60,467 nucleotides of DNA from Dehalococcoidia bacterium (GTDB lineage Bacteria; Chloroflexota; Dehalococcoidia; GIF9; JBFMDU01): positions 1 to 60,467 of the forward strand of contig DAOUCU010000096.1 in the NCBI GenBank assembly GCA_034431935.1, read 5' to 3'. Made by a program: the position numbers and the translations under genes. How positions within the stretch are numbered: position 1 is the stretch's first letter; the number at the start of each line of letters is the position of its first letter. The notes beneath the pieces were generated by a model. It was given only the letters and a program-made list of their open reading frames with translations, made no database searches and had not been told where the DNA came from. This document shows positions 16,881-25,043 of this stretch, piece after piece.

Positions 16881-18035
16881 CTAATTAAGACTTTGAAAAA
16901 CACGGAACGGAGGCAGATCGAGCTTCTTTTTGTAGCTCTCCCAGAGTTCGACCCATGCTGGATTCTTCGGCTCGATGGAGATACCTTTTCTGTCAGCCAT
17001 GGCGATGGCTTCATCGTAAGCGGTGCAGTAGCGGCTGACGAGTTCGATATTGGCTTTCTGGCGGCGGTCGTGTGCCGATGTCCATAGCCCCAGTTCTTTC
17101 AAATACAAGACCAGTCCTTCGTGGCAGGGAACGAAAGTCCGTTTCAGTTCCTCGAGTAGAATATCGCGCCTCATGAACTCGTTCCAGGGATGGAGATTCT
17201 TGAACCGGTGGTAGTTCTCATCGAGCCACCTGGCCAGATGATAAACGAAGCTGGCATCGGTCTGCTCCCGGGTAAAGTATAAACTGGTACCGCATGTTCC
17301 CCAGTGCCCGATGGAGGACGGCACGCCGCTGAAGATAGGTCCAAAGGTTATCAGCGGCTTGACGGCCCAGAAGCGCTTGGCGCCTTCCGGGTCGGTCTCC
17401 GGATTAAGGTCTATCCAGCGGATGCCGTGGGGATTAAGCTCGGCTTTCTTGATTGACTCGGCAGTCGGGATGGCGAAGGCGATATCAGCTTTGCCTTGAA
17501 CGACCAGTTCCGCTTTGTGCGTGGCGTTTTTGGCTGGAACCCAGACGACATCTTCTTCCCCGATCCCGGCCCAGGCGAGCAGGGCATCGACTATTGGCTG
17601 GTCTTCGATATAGGTACGCATATCAGGCATCCGAATGCCGGGCTTGATATCGTAGATAGTCCGGACTGGCGAATCTCCTCTGACGAAGAAGCCGGAGTTG
17701 GAGCGTGACTGTACCCAGACGACTCTGAGGGGAAACGGTCCCGTTTCGCGGCCGGCGTAGCGCTGTTTGGCTTCGAGCATGCGGGCAAGTTCACCGGCAC
17801 CGCCAGCAGTGATATGGGCTTGGCCGTTGTGTATCGCTCGAAATCTGGTGACCGTATCGGGTGTGCCAATCACCGTTACTTTGATGCCGGTCTCGGCGGA
17901 GAGCAGGTTGGCCCAGGATTTAAGTATGTCTTCTCCCAGGCCGGTCCAGCCCATAGCTTTCAATTCTTCGGGCCATTTATAGTCATGTATGGATGTGATT
18001 TGTACCATGAATGCGTCCAAGCTCACAGAAGTCAA
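16881..18035 (-). CDS. TAXI-family TRAP solute-binding-protein homologue without signal peptide
   Basis: 384 aa. Paralogous along its full length to the lipoprotein SBP at 27101..28330 (RVVWVQSRSNSGFFVRGDSPVRTIYDIKPGIR..., PCHEGLVLYLKELGLW). The N-terminus MTSVSLDAFMVQITSIHDYKWPEE has no hydrophobic segment. An in-frame TGA lies 3 codons upstream of the first possible start. Confidence 0.75.
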   Translation of the reverse strand: MTSVSLDAFMVQITSIHDYKWPEELKAMGWTGLGEDILKSWANLLSAETGIKVTVIGTPDTVTRFRAIHNGQAHITAGGAGELARMLEAKQRYAGRETGPFPLRVVWVQSRSNSGFFVRGDSPVRTIYDIKPGIRMPDMRTYIEDQPIVDALLAWAGIGEEDVVWVPAKNATHKAELVVQGKADIAFAIPTAESIKKAELNPHGIRWIDLNPETDPEGAKRFWAVKPLITFGPIFSGVPSSIGHWGTCGTSLYFTREQTDASFVYHLARWLDENYHRFKNLHPWNEFMRRDILLEELKRTFVPCHEGLVLYLKELGLWTSAHDRRQKANIELVSRYCTAYDEAIAMADRKGISIEPKNPAWVELWESYKKKLDLPPFRVFQSLN

Positions 18036-18123
18036 GAACAGTCAGCGTTTACCGCGCTGTCATATTAGCGCTACCTCCGGTGACCGGTTTAATTCCCGTT
18101 TTGAATTAAATAGCTGGCGAAAC

Positions 18124-18156
18124 GGCCAGCCTTCGAATAGTTCGCAAAGGCTGGCC
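18124..18156 (-). terminator. Strong stem-loop downstream of the 160-aa lipoprotein gene (terminator or processing site candidate)
   Basis: GGCCAGCCTT (18124..18133) pairs with AAGGCTGGCC (18147..18156): perfect 10-bp stem. The loop can add 4 more bp. On the minus-strand RNA it is followed by GUUUCGCC, so only a weak U-tract. Confidence 0.4.
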
Positions 18157-18176
18157 GGGATCATCCGTTGGAGACC

Positions 18177-18659
18177 CTAGTAGTCGCTTACCGTGATCCT
18201 GTAGACAACTGTCTTGGTTACCGTCTGGCCATCCTTGGTAGCGGTGACTTCAATGGTGCCATCACCCTTGGCTACCTGACGTGGAATCTTCCATTCCCAG
18301 ACAACTTTACCACTGGCATCGGCGGTCTTGGTCTTCTCGGTGGGGTAGGCACTGACGGTTCCGGTCTTGGGATTGGTCACTTTGATGGTGCAGACAGCTC
18401 CCGGGACAGTTGTTACTGTGACTTGAGTTGGAGCGTTAGCTTGGCCGTCAAGGACCGGTGTTACATCCAGCGGGAAGGCCCCGCCGCTTGGCGCGGCCGG
18501 TGCCGGTGACGCTGCTGGTGCCGGGGTCGGGCTCGCCGCCGGCTTGGGTGCTGGCGATGGTGATGCGGTTGGAGCTGCGGCTCCGCCGCAGGCTGAGGCG
18601 AGGACGAAGGAGAGAATCATGATTCCGATGATGGTTGCGACTCTAATCATCCTTGACAT
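18177..18659 (-). CDS. Secreted protein or lipoprotein with Pro/Ala-rich linker and a C-terminal beta-rich domain
   Basis: 160 aa. Signal peptide MSRMIRVATIIGIMILSFVLASAC, then a PAPKPAASPTPAPAASPAPA linker. The C-terminal domain is shared with the neighbouring gene (GKVVWEWKIPRQVAKGDGTIEVTAT). Confidence 0.65.
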   Translation of the reverse strand: MSRMIRVATIIGIMILSFVLASACGGAAAPTASPSPAPKPAASPTPAPAASPAPAAPSGGAFPLDVTPVLDGQANAPTQVTVTTVPGAVCTIKVTNPKTGTVSAYPTEKTKTADASGKVVWEWKIPRQVAKGDGTIEVTATKDGQTVTKTVVYRITVSDY

Positions 18660-18718
18660 GTGTTCTTTGCCTCCTTTCTATTGCGTCTACATGACGTAAC
18701 GGTGCTAATGTCGTTATT

Positions 18719-19681
18719 TTAGCTCAGGGTGTACTTTGCCTCCTTCTTTACTGTCTGGTCCCCAAGAACTGCGGTAAACTCCATTGTGCCTTCGCCAGTC
18801 CGGGCCCTGTCGGTTATGGTCCACTCCCAAACTACCCTACCGTTAGCATCCGCTGGCTTATTGTCTTTGTCGTCAGGGTATCGGCTTACAGTGCCGGTGC
18901 CCGGTAAGGTGCTGAAGATACTGACCTTAGCACCCGGCAGAGTCTTGACTTCAACTCTTATGCGGCCGCCTGGCTTCGCCGGGCTGATTGAGACGATATC
19001 AAGGAACAGTTTTTCTGTGGTTGTCGATGTTGCCGGGGAAGGAGTGGGTGTCGGAGATGGTTTCGGCGGCGCAACTTTAAGCGGCCGGTCGCCCTGAGTT
19101 ACGTCAAGTTTCATAACCGCCTCTATTTTGGCGGTGCCTAAAGCGCTTACCTTAACAAACTTGTCCGCGTCGAAATCAAGAGTGAGGATAGTCTTCTGCC
19201 CCGCCTTGATCTCCCACGGTTGAACAACCTTTAGTTTATCACTGGGAAGGTCAGCGTTTATATCCTGGCCACGGAACGTTACCACACATTTAGCCACATC
19301 AAATCGTATCTGTGTGTATTTTCCCTCGGGGATGTCCTTCGTGCCAAGGAGGATTTCAGCACCCTCAATTGCTACTAAATCGAATGTCTGCTCTTTATCT
19401 ACCAGCGTTATCCATTTGTCGTCGGGGTCGGTGGCACTGTGTACCTGGATGTTATTGACTGTAACCAGGATCTTGGTGACGCCAGTTGGTGGCGCATCGG
19501 TTGCTCTGACCTCTGCGGTACCCGTAGCTGTTGGTGATGGTATTGGCTTGGGAGCCGGAGCTGGTGTTGAAGTTGGAGCCGGTGGTGACGCCGGTGCAGG
19601 CGCGCCGCAGGCAGCTAGAAACACGCCGGCTGCGAAGATGAGTACCAGCAATAGTAATGATGCTTTGCCCGGTGTTCTCAT
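18719..19681 (-). CDS. Lipoprotein with a DUF4382-like domain plus the same C-terminal domain as the 160-aa neighbour
   Basis: 320 aa. Lipobox FLAAC. DUF4382-like block (EVRATDAPP...ILVTVNNIQVHS...WITL...QTFDLVAIEG...IPEGKYTQIRFDV...LTLDFDADK). C-terminus GRVVWEWTITDRARTGEGTMEFTAV. Confidence 0.65.
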   Translation of the reverse strand: MRTPGKASLLLLVLIFAAGVFLAACGAPAPASPPAPTSTPAPAPKPIPSPTATGTAEVRATDAPPTGVTKILVTVNNIQVHSATDPDDKWITLVDKEQTFDLVAIEGAEILLGTKDIPEGKYTQIRFDVAKCVVTFRGQDINADLPSDKLKVVQPWEIKAGQKTILTLDFDADKFVKVSALGTAKIEAVMKLDVTQGDRPLKVAPPKPSPTPTPSPATSTTTEKLFLDIVSISPAKPGGRIRVEVKTLPGAKVSIFSTLPGTGTVSRYPDDKDNKPADANGRVVWEWTITDRARTGEGTMEFTAVLGDQTVKKEAKYTLS

Positions 19682-19735
19682 TTCGACCTCCTCTGCTTCC
19701 TTTAACTTTCCTTGAACTAATGTGGATTGACTTAA

Positions 19736-20617
19736 TTAACTGTGACAGCCGTGCTGATACTGTTCGGCAATCTCCCACAGTTGTTTCAGCAAATCGGGGC
19801 GTACATCCCGGATGTTGCGCCACTGGCCACGGGCGGCGTAGACATCTTCGGGCGTTATTTCATACTCGATTGCCTCCTCCACGGCTTCTCTGCCGGCCGA
19901 GGCCATCTTCTTGATGCCTTGGGAACCCACGATGACGCAGGTGCCGCCGCGGTACCACGTTCCAGCCTGGTCTCCGACTATATTAACGTAGGCATCAGCC
20001 ATCTGTGTTTCTATGCCGCGGCCCAGGTCCAGATAGCTGATTTCTGGTTGGTTTGGCCGCCAGGGGCCGGCGGAAGGCCGAACCTTAAGCCAGCAGCCGG
20101 CGATAGCTTGAGCGTAGGCGATCTCCGGGTGGCGGTTATCGAGGCATATCAGTACGCCGATACGCCCGAACTCGGTATCGAAAATGCCAATGCGTTCGCC
20201 GGCTTTGAAAAATGCCGCCTCGTCGTGAAGTTTGCCCGAAGTTCTGGCCAGCAGATGGACGAGGTAGAGCTTACGTGCGGAGCCGATGACGCCGTTGGGC
20301 CCCACCAGCGCCGCAGCGTTGTAAACGTCGCCCCGGGAGCGCTCGGCCATACCGACTATAACCAGACAGTGCTTACCTTTCAGCCTGGCAGAAATCTGTT
20401 CGGTCGCCGGTCCGGGTATAGTCTCCGCCTGGTCTTCATAGTTGACCTTGCCGGTAGTGTCATACCCGTTCAGGACGCATTCACCGAAGGCGATGAGGTT
20501 GGCTCCGGCGGCCAACCCGCGGTCGGTCCATTCCAGGACCTTCTTGAGGTTGGCTGCCTTGTTATTCAGTTCCGGGTGCATCTGTACCAGAAAGAGTTTC
20601 ACACAAGCCCCCCGCAA
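19736..20617 (-). CDS. Carbon-nitrogen hydrolase family protein (nitrilase/amidase superfamily)
   Basis: 293 aa. Candidate Glu-Lys-Cys triad in LIAFGECVLNGYD, ARKLYLVHL and GVLICLDNRHPE. The likely true start is the GTG at 20602 (MKLFLVQMHPEL). Confidence 0.8.
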   Translation of the reverse strand: MRGACVKLFLVQMHPELNNKAANLKKVLEWTDRGLAAGANLIAFGECVLNGYDTTGKVNYEDQAETIPGPATEQISARLKGKHCLVIVGMAERSRGDVYNAAALVGPNGVIGSARKLYLVHLLARTSGKLHDEAAFFKAGERIGIFDTEFGRIGVLICLDNRHPEIAYAQAIAGCWLKVRPSAGPWRPNQPEISYLDLGRGIETQMADAYVNIVGDQAGTWYRGGTCVIVGSQGIKKMASAGREAVEEAIEYEITPEDVYAARGQWRNIRDVRPDLLKQLWEIAEQYQHGCHS

Positions 20618-20635
20618 AAGTCCTATTAACCTTAA

Positions 20636-22933
20636 CTAGTCATTGCCGTTGAGGTCGTTGAAAAGCTTGAACGGCGGTAAACCCTTCTCTTTCTTGTACT
20701 CTTCCCACAGCTTGACCCACTCGGGATTATCAGCGACGACCGAAAGTCCCCTGCTGTCGGCGAGTCGGATTGCCTCCTGATAGGCTTCACAGTACCGTGT
20801 GACGAGCTCGAGGTTCTGTTTTTGACGCCGCTCGTGGGCTGGTGTCCACAGCTTGAGCTCCTTTAGGTATTTTATCAACCCTTCATGGCAGGGCACAAAC
20901 GTGTGCTTCAGTCCCTCGAGAAGTACCTCCCGGGTGCGGAAGCGGTTCTCGGGATGGCTGGAGGCGAAGCGGGCGTAGTTCTCATCAAACCACTTGGCCA
21001 GGTGATAGACAAGTTCCGCCGAAGTCCTTTCGGCGGTAAGCTCAAGGTTGATGCCCTCGGTGCACCAGACTCCGACCGCTGACTTGACGCCGCCCTCGGG
21101 GCAGATGCCGAAGTTGACCAGCGGGTCTACCTGCTTGAAGCGTCTGGCGCCTTCAGGGTCTTTCTCGGCATTAAGTTCAATCCATTTCAGGCCATAGGGG
21201 TTTTTCTCTGCCTCAGCCATGGTCGGTGAGGTTGGGAAGCTGAATCCGAGGTCGGCTCGCCCTTCGATGACGGCTTTATAGTTCTCGACCGAATTGTTGC
21301 AGTCGACCCAGACAATGTCCTTTTTATCCACCTGGGCCCAGGCGAGCAGGGCTTCGACAATGCGGGTGCTGGCAACGTAGGTCATGTTAACGATGCGGGT
21401 GCCCGGCTTGATGTCGTGCGGTGTCCTTATCCTGGAGTCGCCGCGCACAAAGAACCCGGCATTGCCCTTGGAGTGAGACCAGACCACCCTGACCTGGAAG
21501 GGACCGCCGTCGCGGACGGCGTAGCGGCGATCAGCCATTAACATCTGGCTGGTCTCGCTCGGTGCGCCCGCCGATAGGTCGAAGAGCCCGAGGTGGCCAA
21601 GCCAGCGGAAGCGGTTCACGGTATCGAATTCCGGTGCCACATGGATGCGCATCTGGGCGTCCTCTTCCAGGTACTTTGCCCAGCCCCTGGTGCAGTCGAC
21701 GCCGACACCGGCCCAGCTGACCACGGAAAGCTTGCTCGGCCAGACCCAGCCTTTGCTGCCCATCTTGTGTCCCGGCAGGTCATCTTCGAGGTTGCGGAAC
21801 ATCTTGATGCGGGGTATACCGGCATCCTTCTTATAATTCTCCCAGAGCTCAATCCACTCCGGGTTCTTGGGGTCAACCTTGATGTTCTTGCGGTCGGCCA
21901 TCTCGATAGCCGCCTGATTGGCCGCAACATAGCGGGAGATAAGATCCACATTCGTCCGATGGCGGCGTTCGTGTGCCGGTGTCCACAACTTTAGCTCTTT
22001 GAGGTAAGCGACCAGGCCGTCGTGACACGGGATAAACGTATGCTGTAGTTCCTGCATGAGGGTATCACGGGTCATGTACTCGTTCCAGGGATGGAGTTTG
22101 CGGTATTTCTCGTAGTTCTCGTCGAACCATTTGGCCAGGTTGTAGACGAACTCGGCATCGGTCTGCTCGCGGGTGCAGTAAAGGCTGATGCCAACCGTGC
22201 CCCAGTGCCCTATTGCCGAAGGCGGGCCGTTAAACATCGGGCCGAAGCTGACGAGCGGGTCGACCGTCTGAAATCTGGCCAGGCCCTCCGGGTCCTTTTC
22301 CGGATTGCAGTCAATCCATCGGATGCCGTAAGGGTTCTTTTCGGCGGCGAGGATGGATGGCGACGAAGGTACGGCGAAGGCGACATCGGCCTTGCCCTCA
22401 ACAACCAGTTGCGCTTTGTGGTCCGAGCTGGTGGCCGGCACCCAGACGACGTCCTTTTCCGGGTCGAGTTTGGCCCAGAGCAAGAAACCTTCCAGAATGC
22501 GCTGGCTGGCGAGGTAGCCTCTCATGTCTACCACGCGAACGCCTGGCTTCAGGTCATATATGTCTTTGATGGGCGAATCGCCCCGGACGAAGTAGCCTGA
22601 GTTCGACTTTGACTGGGCCCACACCGCCCGTATCTGGAAGGGACCGGTGTCGCGGGCGGCGTAGCGGCGATCGCCTTCAATCATCTGGCTGGTCTCGGTC
22701 GTGCCGCCGGCGGTAAGCTGGAAAAGGCCGAACCGGGTCCATTTGAAACGCTGAACTGTGTCCTGAGTGTGGGCAACGCGGCATTTCATGCCGGTATCAG
22801 CCTGAAGCACCTTGGTCCAACTGCCGAGTATTTGCTGGCCGAGACCGGTCCAGCCAACGACAGCGAACTCTTCAGGCCATTTGTAAGAGGACTTTGCCCT
22901 GGTTGCGTTTGCTTTTGCTGGTGTCATGTTCAT
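20636..22933 (-). CDS. Tandem double TAXI-family solute-binding-protein homologue (two complete modules in one ORF) without signal peptide
   Basis: 765 aa. Module 1 is about aa 15-385 and module 2 about aa 395-765. Each is colinear with the 384-aa and 409-aa paralogues. N-terminus MNMTPAKANATRAKSSYKWPEE is hydrophilic. Good SD (AAAGGAA) before the ATG. Junction: ...IKMFRNLEDDLPGHKMGSKGWVWPSKL... Confidence 0.75.
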   Translation of the reverse strand: MNMTPAKANATRAKSSYKWPEEFAVVGWTGLGQQILGSWTKVLQADTGMKCRVAHTQDTVQRFKWTRFGLFQLTAGGTTETSQMIEGDRRYAARDTGPFQIRAVWAQSKSNSGYFVRGDSPIKDIYDLKPGVRVVDMRGYLASQRILEGFLLWAKLDPEKDVVWVPATSSDHKAQLVVEGKADVAFAVPSSPSILAAEKNPYGIRWIDCNPEKDPEGLARFQTVDPLVSFGPMFNGPPSAIGHWGTVGISLYCTREQTDAEFVYNLAKWFDENYEKYRKLHPWNEYMTRDTLMQELQHTFIPCHDGLVAYLKELKLWTPAHERRHRTNVDLISRYVAANQAAIEMADRKNIKVDPKNPEWIELWENYKKDAGIPRIKMFRNLEDDLPGHKMGSKGWVWPSKLSVVSWAGVGVDCTRGWAKYLEEDAQMRIHVAPEFDTVNRFRWLGHLGLFDLSAGAPSETSQMLMADRRYAVRDGGPFQVRVVWSHSKGNAGFFVRGDSRIRTPHDIKPGTRIVNMTYVASTRIVEALLAWAQVDKKDIVWVDCNNSVENYKAVIEGRADLGFSFPTSPTMAEAEKNPYGLKWIELNAEKDPEGARRFKQVDPLVNFGICPEGGVKSAVGVWCTEGINLELTAERTSAELVYHLAKWFDENYARFASSHPENRFRTREVLLEGLKHTFVPCHEGLIKYLKELKLWTPAHERRQKQNLELVTRYCEAYQEAIRLADSRGLSVVADNPEWVKLWEEYKKEKGLPPFKLFNDLNGND

Positions 22934-22968
22934 GGTTCCTTTCTAAAGTCGGTAATATGGACTTTCGC

Positions 22969-22991
22969 CGCGTGGCGTTTTTCGCCGCGCG
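22969..22991 (-). other. Intercistronic stem-loop between the permease and the double-SBP gene
   Basis: CGCGTGGCG (22969..22977), TTTTT loop, CGCCGCGCG (22983..22991): 9-bp stem with 1 mismatch. Confidence 0.35.
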
Positions 22992-23003
22992 CCGTGTACC
23001 TGC

Positions 23004-24974
23004 CTATGTTGCTGTTCTTAACGCCGCCGCTCGTCTCATAAGCTCAGCAATCGCGATTACCACGGCCGCCATTCCGAAACCGATGAGCGTCGTTCTTGGC
23101 TCAGGGAGGGCGATTAGGAAACCGCCGGTGCCGATTACGGCTCTTTGCCACCACGAGAGCCGTCCGACCCGCACCATGTAACCTTCAATCGCCGAAGCCA
23201 GGATGAGGATGCCAAGTAAAGCGATAAACAGGTGGTAAATGATGTCGCCCGGCGTTCCCTGCATGACCAGCGCCGGTTGCAGTATGAAGAAGAAAGGCAT
23301 GAAGAAAAGTACAATAGCCTGTCGGAAGGCAATCCAGGCCGTTTTCATCGGGTTTGCGCCGCCGACGCTGGCGGCGATAAAGGCGCCGACGGCGACCGGC
23401 GGGGTGACATCGCCCAGTACCGAGTAGCATATAAGGAAAAGGTGACAGGCGACCAGAGGCACGTCTCCGATGGCCGCCACCGCCGGGGCCATGGTGACGG
23501 AGAGGAAGATGAATGCTGACGTATCCAGGCCGACCATACCCATCATAATGTTGAAGGCGGCGGCGATAGCCAGGATAAGGTAAAGGTTGTTAGCCCCGAG
23601 TCCGACAACCCAGGCGGTGATGGCGGCGGCAACGCCGGTCTTGAACAGACCGACCAGTATCAGGCTCATTGACAGAAAGATGCCGACACCGAAATTAATC
23701 AAGCTGGCGGTCTGGGAGAGCGCCTTCTCGATCTTCGCCCAGCTCATGCGTGTCCTCCTGCTGGTGAAAGTGAGCAGGAACATCAGGAAAGCGGCGTAGA
23801 TTGGCGTTATAGCGCCCCATCTGAAGTAAATGAGGCCAACGATAAGGAAGAGTATGGCCACTATATATATCCATCCGTCGCGCAGCACCGGTAGAACCGG
23901 CGGCACCTCTTCCTTTGGGAGTCCCCTCATTCCAATTTTTGCGGCGTGGGCATCTATCTGCATTAGCAGGCAGGTGAAGTACAATACCGCGGGTATCACG
24001 GCGGCAATCATGATGGTGGTGTACTCATAGCCGCCGATGATGGCGGCGAGAAATGCCAGACCGCCCATGATTGGCGGCATGATGGGACCTCCACAGGAAC
24101 TGCAGGCTTCGACTGCGGCGGCACGTTCCGGAGAGAAGCCCATCCTTTTCATAGCGGGGATGGTATAAGTACCGGTACCGACAATATTGGCGATGATGGA
24201 ACCGCTGAGTGTGCCAAATAAAGCGCTGGAAAGCACTGATACCTTGGCCGGGCCGCCGCGGAAGCGGCCAAGTATGGACGTTGCCAGCTTGAGGAAGAAA
24301 TCAGCGGCGCCAAGACCGCTGATGACACCGGCAAACAGGTAGAAGCCGAGAATGAGACTGCCGAACATGGCCGCAGGCAGTCCCAGCATGCCGTTGGCCC
24401 CATAGGCGAAATCACCAACGAGTTCCGAGAAGGTGATGGGGTAGCCGGCCAGAACGCCGGGGAGCCTGTCAGCGAACATGGGATAGACTATGGAAATGCC
24501 AAGGAGAGTCAGATAGCCCCATCCGCCGATTCTCCGGCCGGCTTCAAGGCCGAGCCCCAGTACGATGACCGCGGCGGCAAAGGTGATGAAGTTCGGCGGC
24601 GGCTCCCACATTCTTAGTGATATTGGCTCGGAATTGATGAGAAAGAAAAGCACACAGGCCAGGAGCACCGAAGCCATTACATAGTCGTACCATGGCGGTG
24701 CCCGCTTTTTCTGTTTCTGGGTTGCTGGCAGTCCCATAAAGACGTTGAATACCATAACGGTGTAGAGAAGGTAGAAGTAGAAGGTCCCGCTGAGCACATT
24801 ACCGAAAATAGCGATGCCCTTGAAGTGGATGATGAACAGGGCCATGGCAATCATAGTTGAAACGATGAACCAGAGCTTGATGGGCTTTGGCATGAGGTGG
24901 TAACGGCCGATGGCGCCGGTTGGCTCTATGGTCTTTGTAACGGTGCTCTCAGGCACTCTTACAGGGCCTCCCAT
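23004..24974 (-). CDS. TRAP transporter fused permease subunit (4TM/12TM DctQM-type fusion typical of TAXI systems), paralogue 1
   Basis: 656 aa, highly hydrophobic and multi-TM. Colinear with the adjacent 654-aa paralogue (RYxLMPKP, FRGGPAKVSxLSSA, GSxIANIVGTGxxTIPAMK, EACSSxGGxIMPPIMG). Confidence 0.85.
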   Translation of the reverse strand: MGGPVRVPESTVTKTIEPTGAIGRYHLMPKPIKLWFIVSTMIAMALFIIHFKGIAIFGNVLSGTFYFYLLYTVMVFNVFMGLPATQKQKKRAPPWYDYVMASVLLACVLFFLINSEPISLRMWEPPPNFITFAAAVIVLGLGLEAGRRIGGWGYLTLLGISIVYPMFADRLPGVLAGYPITFSELVGDFAYGANGMLGLPAAMFGSLILGFYLFAGVISGLGAADFFLKLATSILGRFRGGPAKVSVLSSALFGTLSGSIIANIVGTGTYTIPAMKRMGFSPERAAAVEACSSCGGPIMPPIMGGLAFLAAIIGGYEYTTIMIAAVIPAVLYFTCLLMQIDAHAAKIGMRGLPKEEVPPVLPVLRDGWIYIVAILFLIVGLIYFRWGAITPIYAAFLMFLLTFTSRRTRMSWAKIEKALSQTASLINFGVGIFLSMSLILVGLFKTGVAAAITAWVVGLGANNLYLILAIAAAFNIMMGMVGLDTSAFIFLSVTMAPAVAAIGDVPLVACHLFLICYSVLGDVTPPVAVGAFIAASVGGANPMKTAWIAFRQAIVLFFMPFFFILQPALVMQGTPGDIIYHLFIALLGILILASAIEGYMVRVGRLSWWQRAVIGTGGFLIALPEPRTTLIGFGMAAVVIAIAELMRRAAALRTAT

Positions 24975-25043
24975 TAATCAAGTGAATATATCTCTGCGGG
25001 CGTTGGGCCATCGCAAATAACAGGTCAGATCGTGTTGAGTAAG

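Noticed and set aside
18036-18060. A hidden signal peptide upstream of the leaderless TAXI homologues (also 22934..22960)
   Set aside because: In-frame stop codons lie immediately upstream of the first possible start codons (TGA three codons upstream at 16881..18035). The 765-aa ORF has a good SD right before its ATG. There is no room for an N-terminal leader.
18480-18600. Short tandem-repeat-like GC-rich DNA (also 19500..19620 and 5500..5630)
   Set aside because: These are the coding sequences of Pro/Ala/Ser/Thr or Ala/Gly/Glu/Lys low-complexity linkers in the lipoproteins and L25. They are not CRISPR or satellite repeats. No repeat-spacer periodicity is present anywhere in the window.
19742-20629. 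295-aa plus-strand ORF covering the whole C-N hydrolase locus
   Set aside because: It is the mirror image of the minus-strand ORF, which carries a recognisable Glu-Lys-Cys nitrilase-superfamily triad. The plus-strand translation has no motif and has biased Gly/Ala/Arg/Pro composition typical of antisense shadow ORFs in GC-rich DNA.
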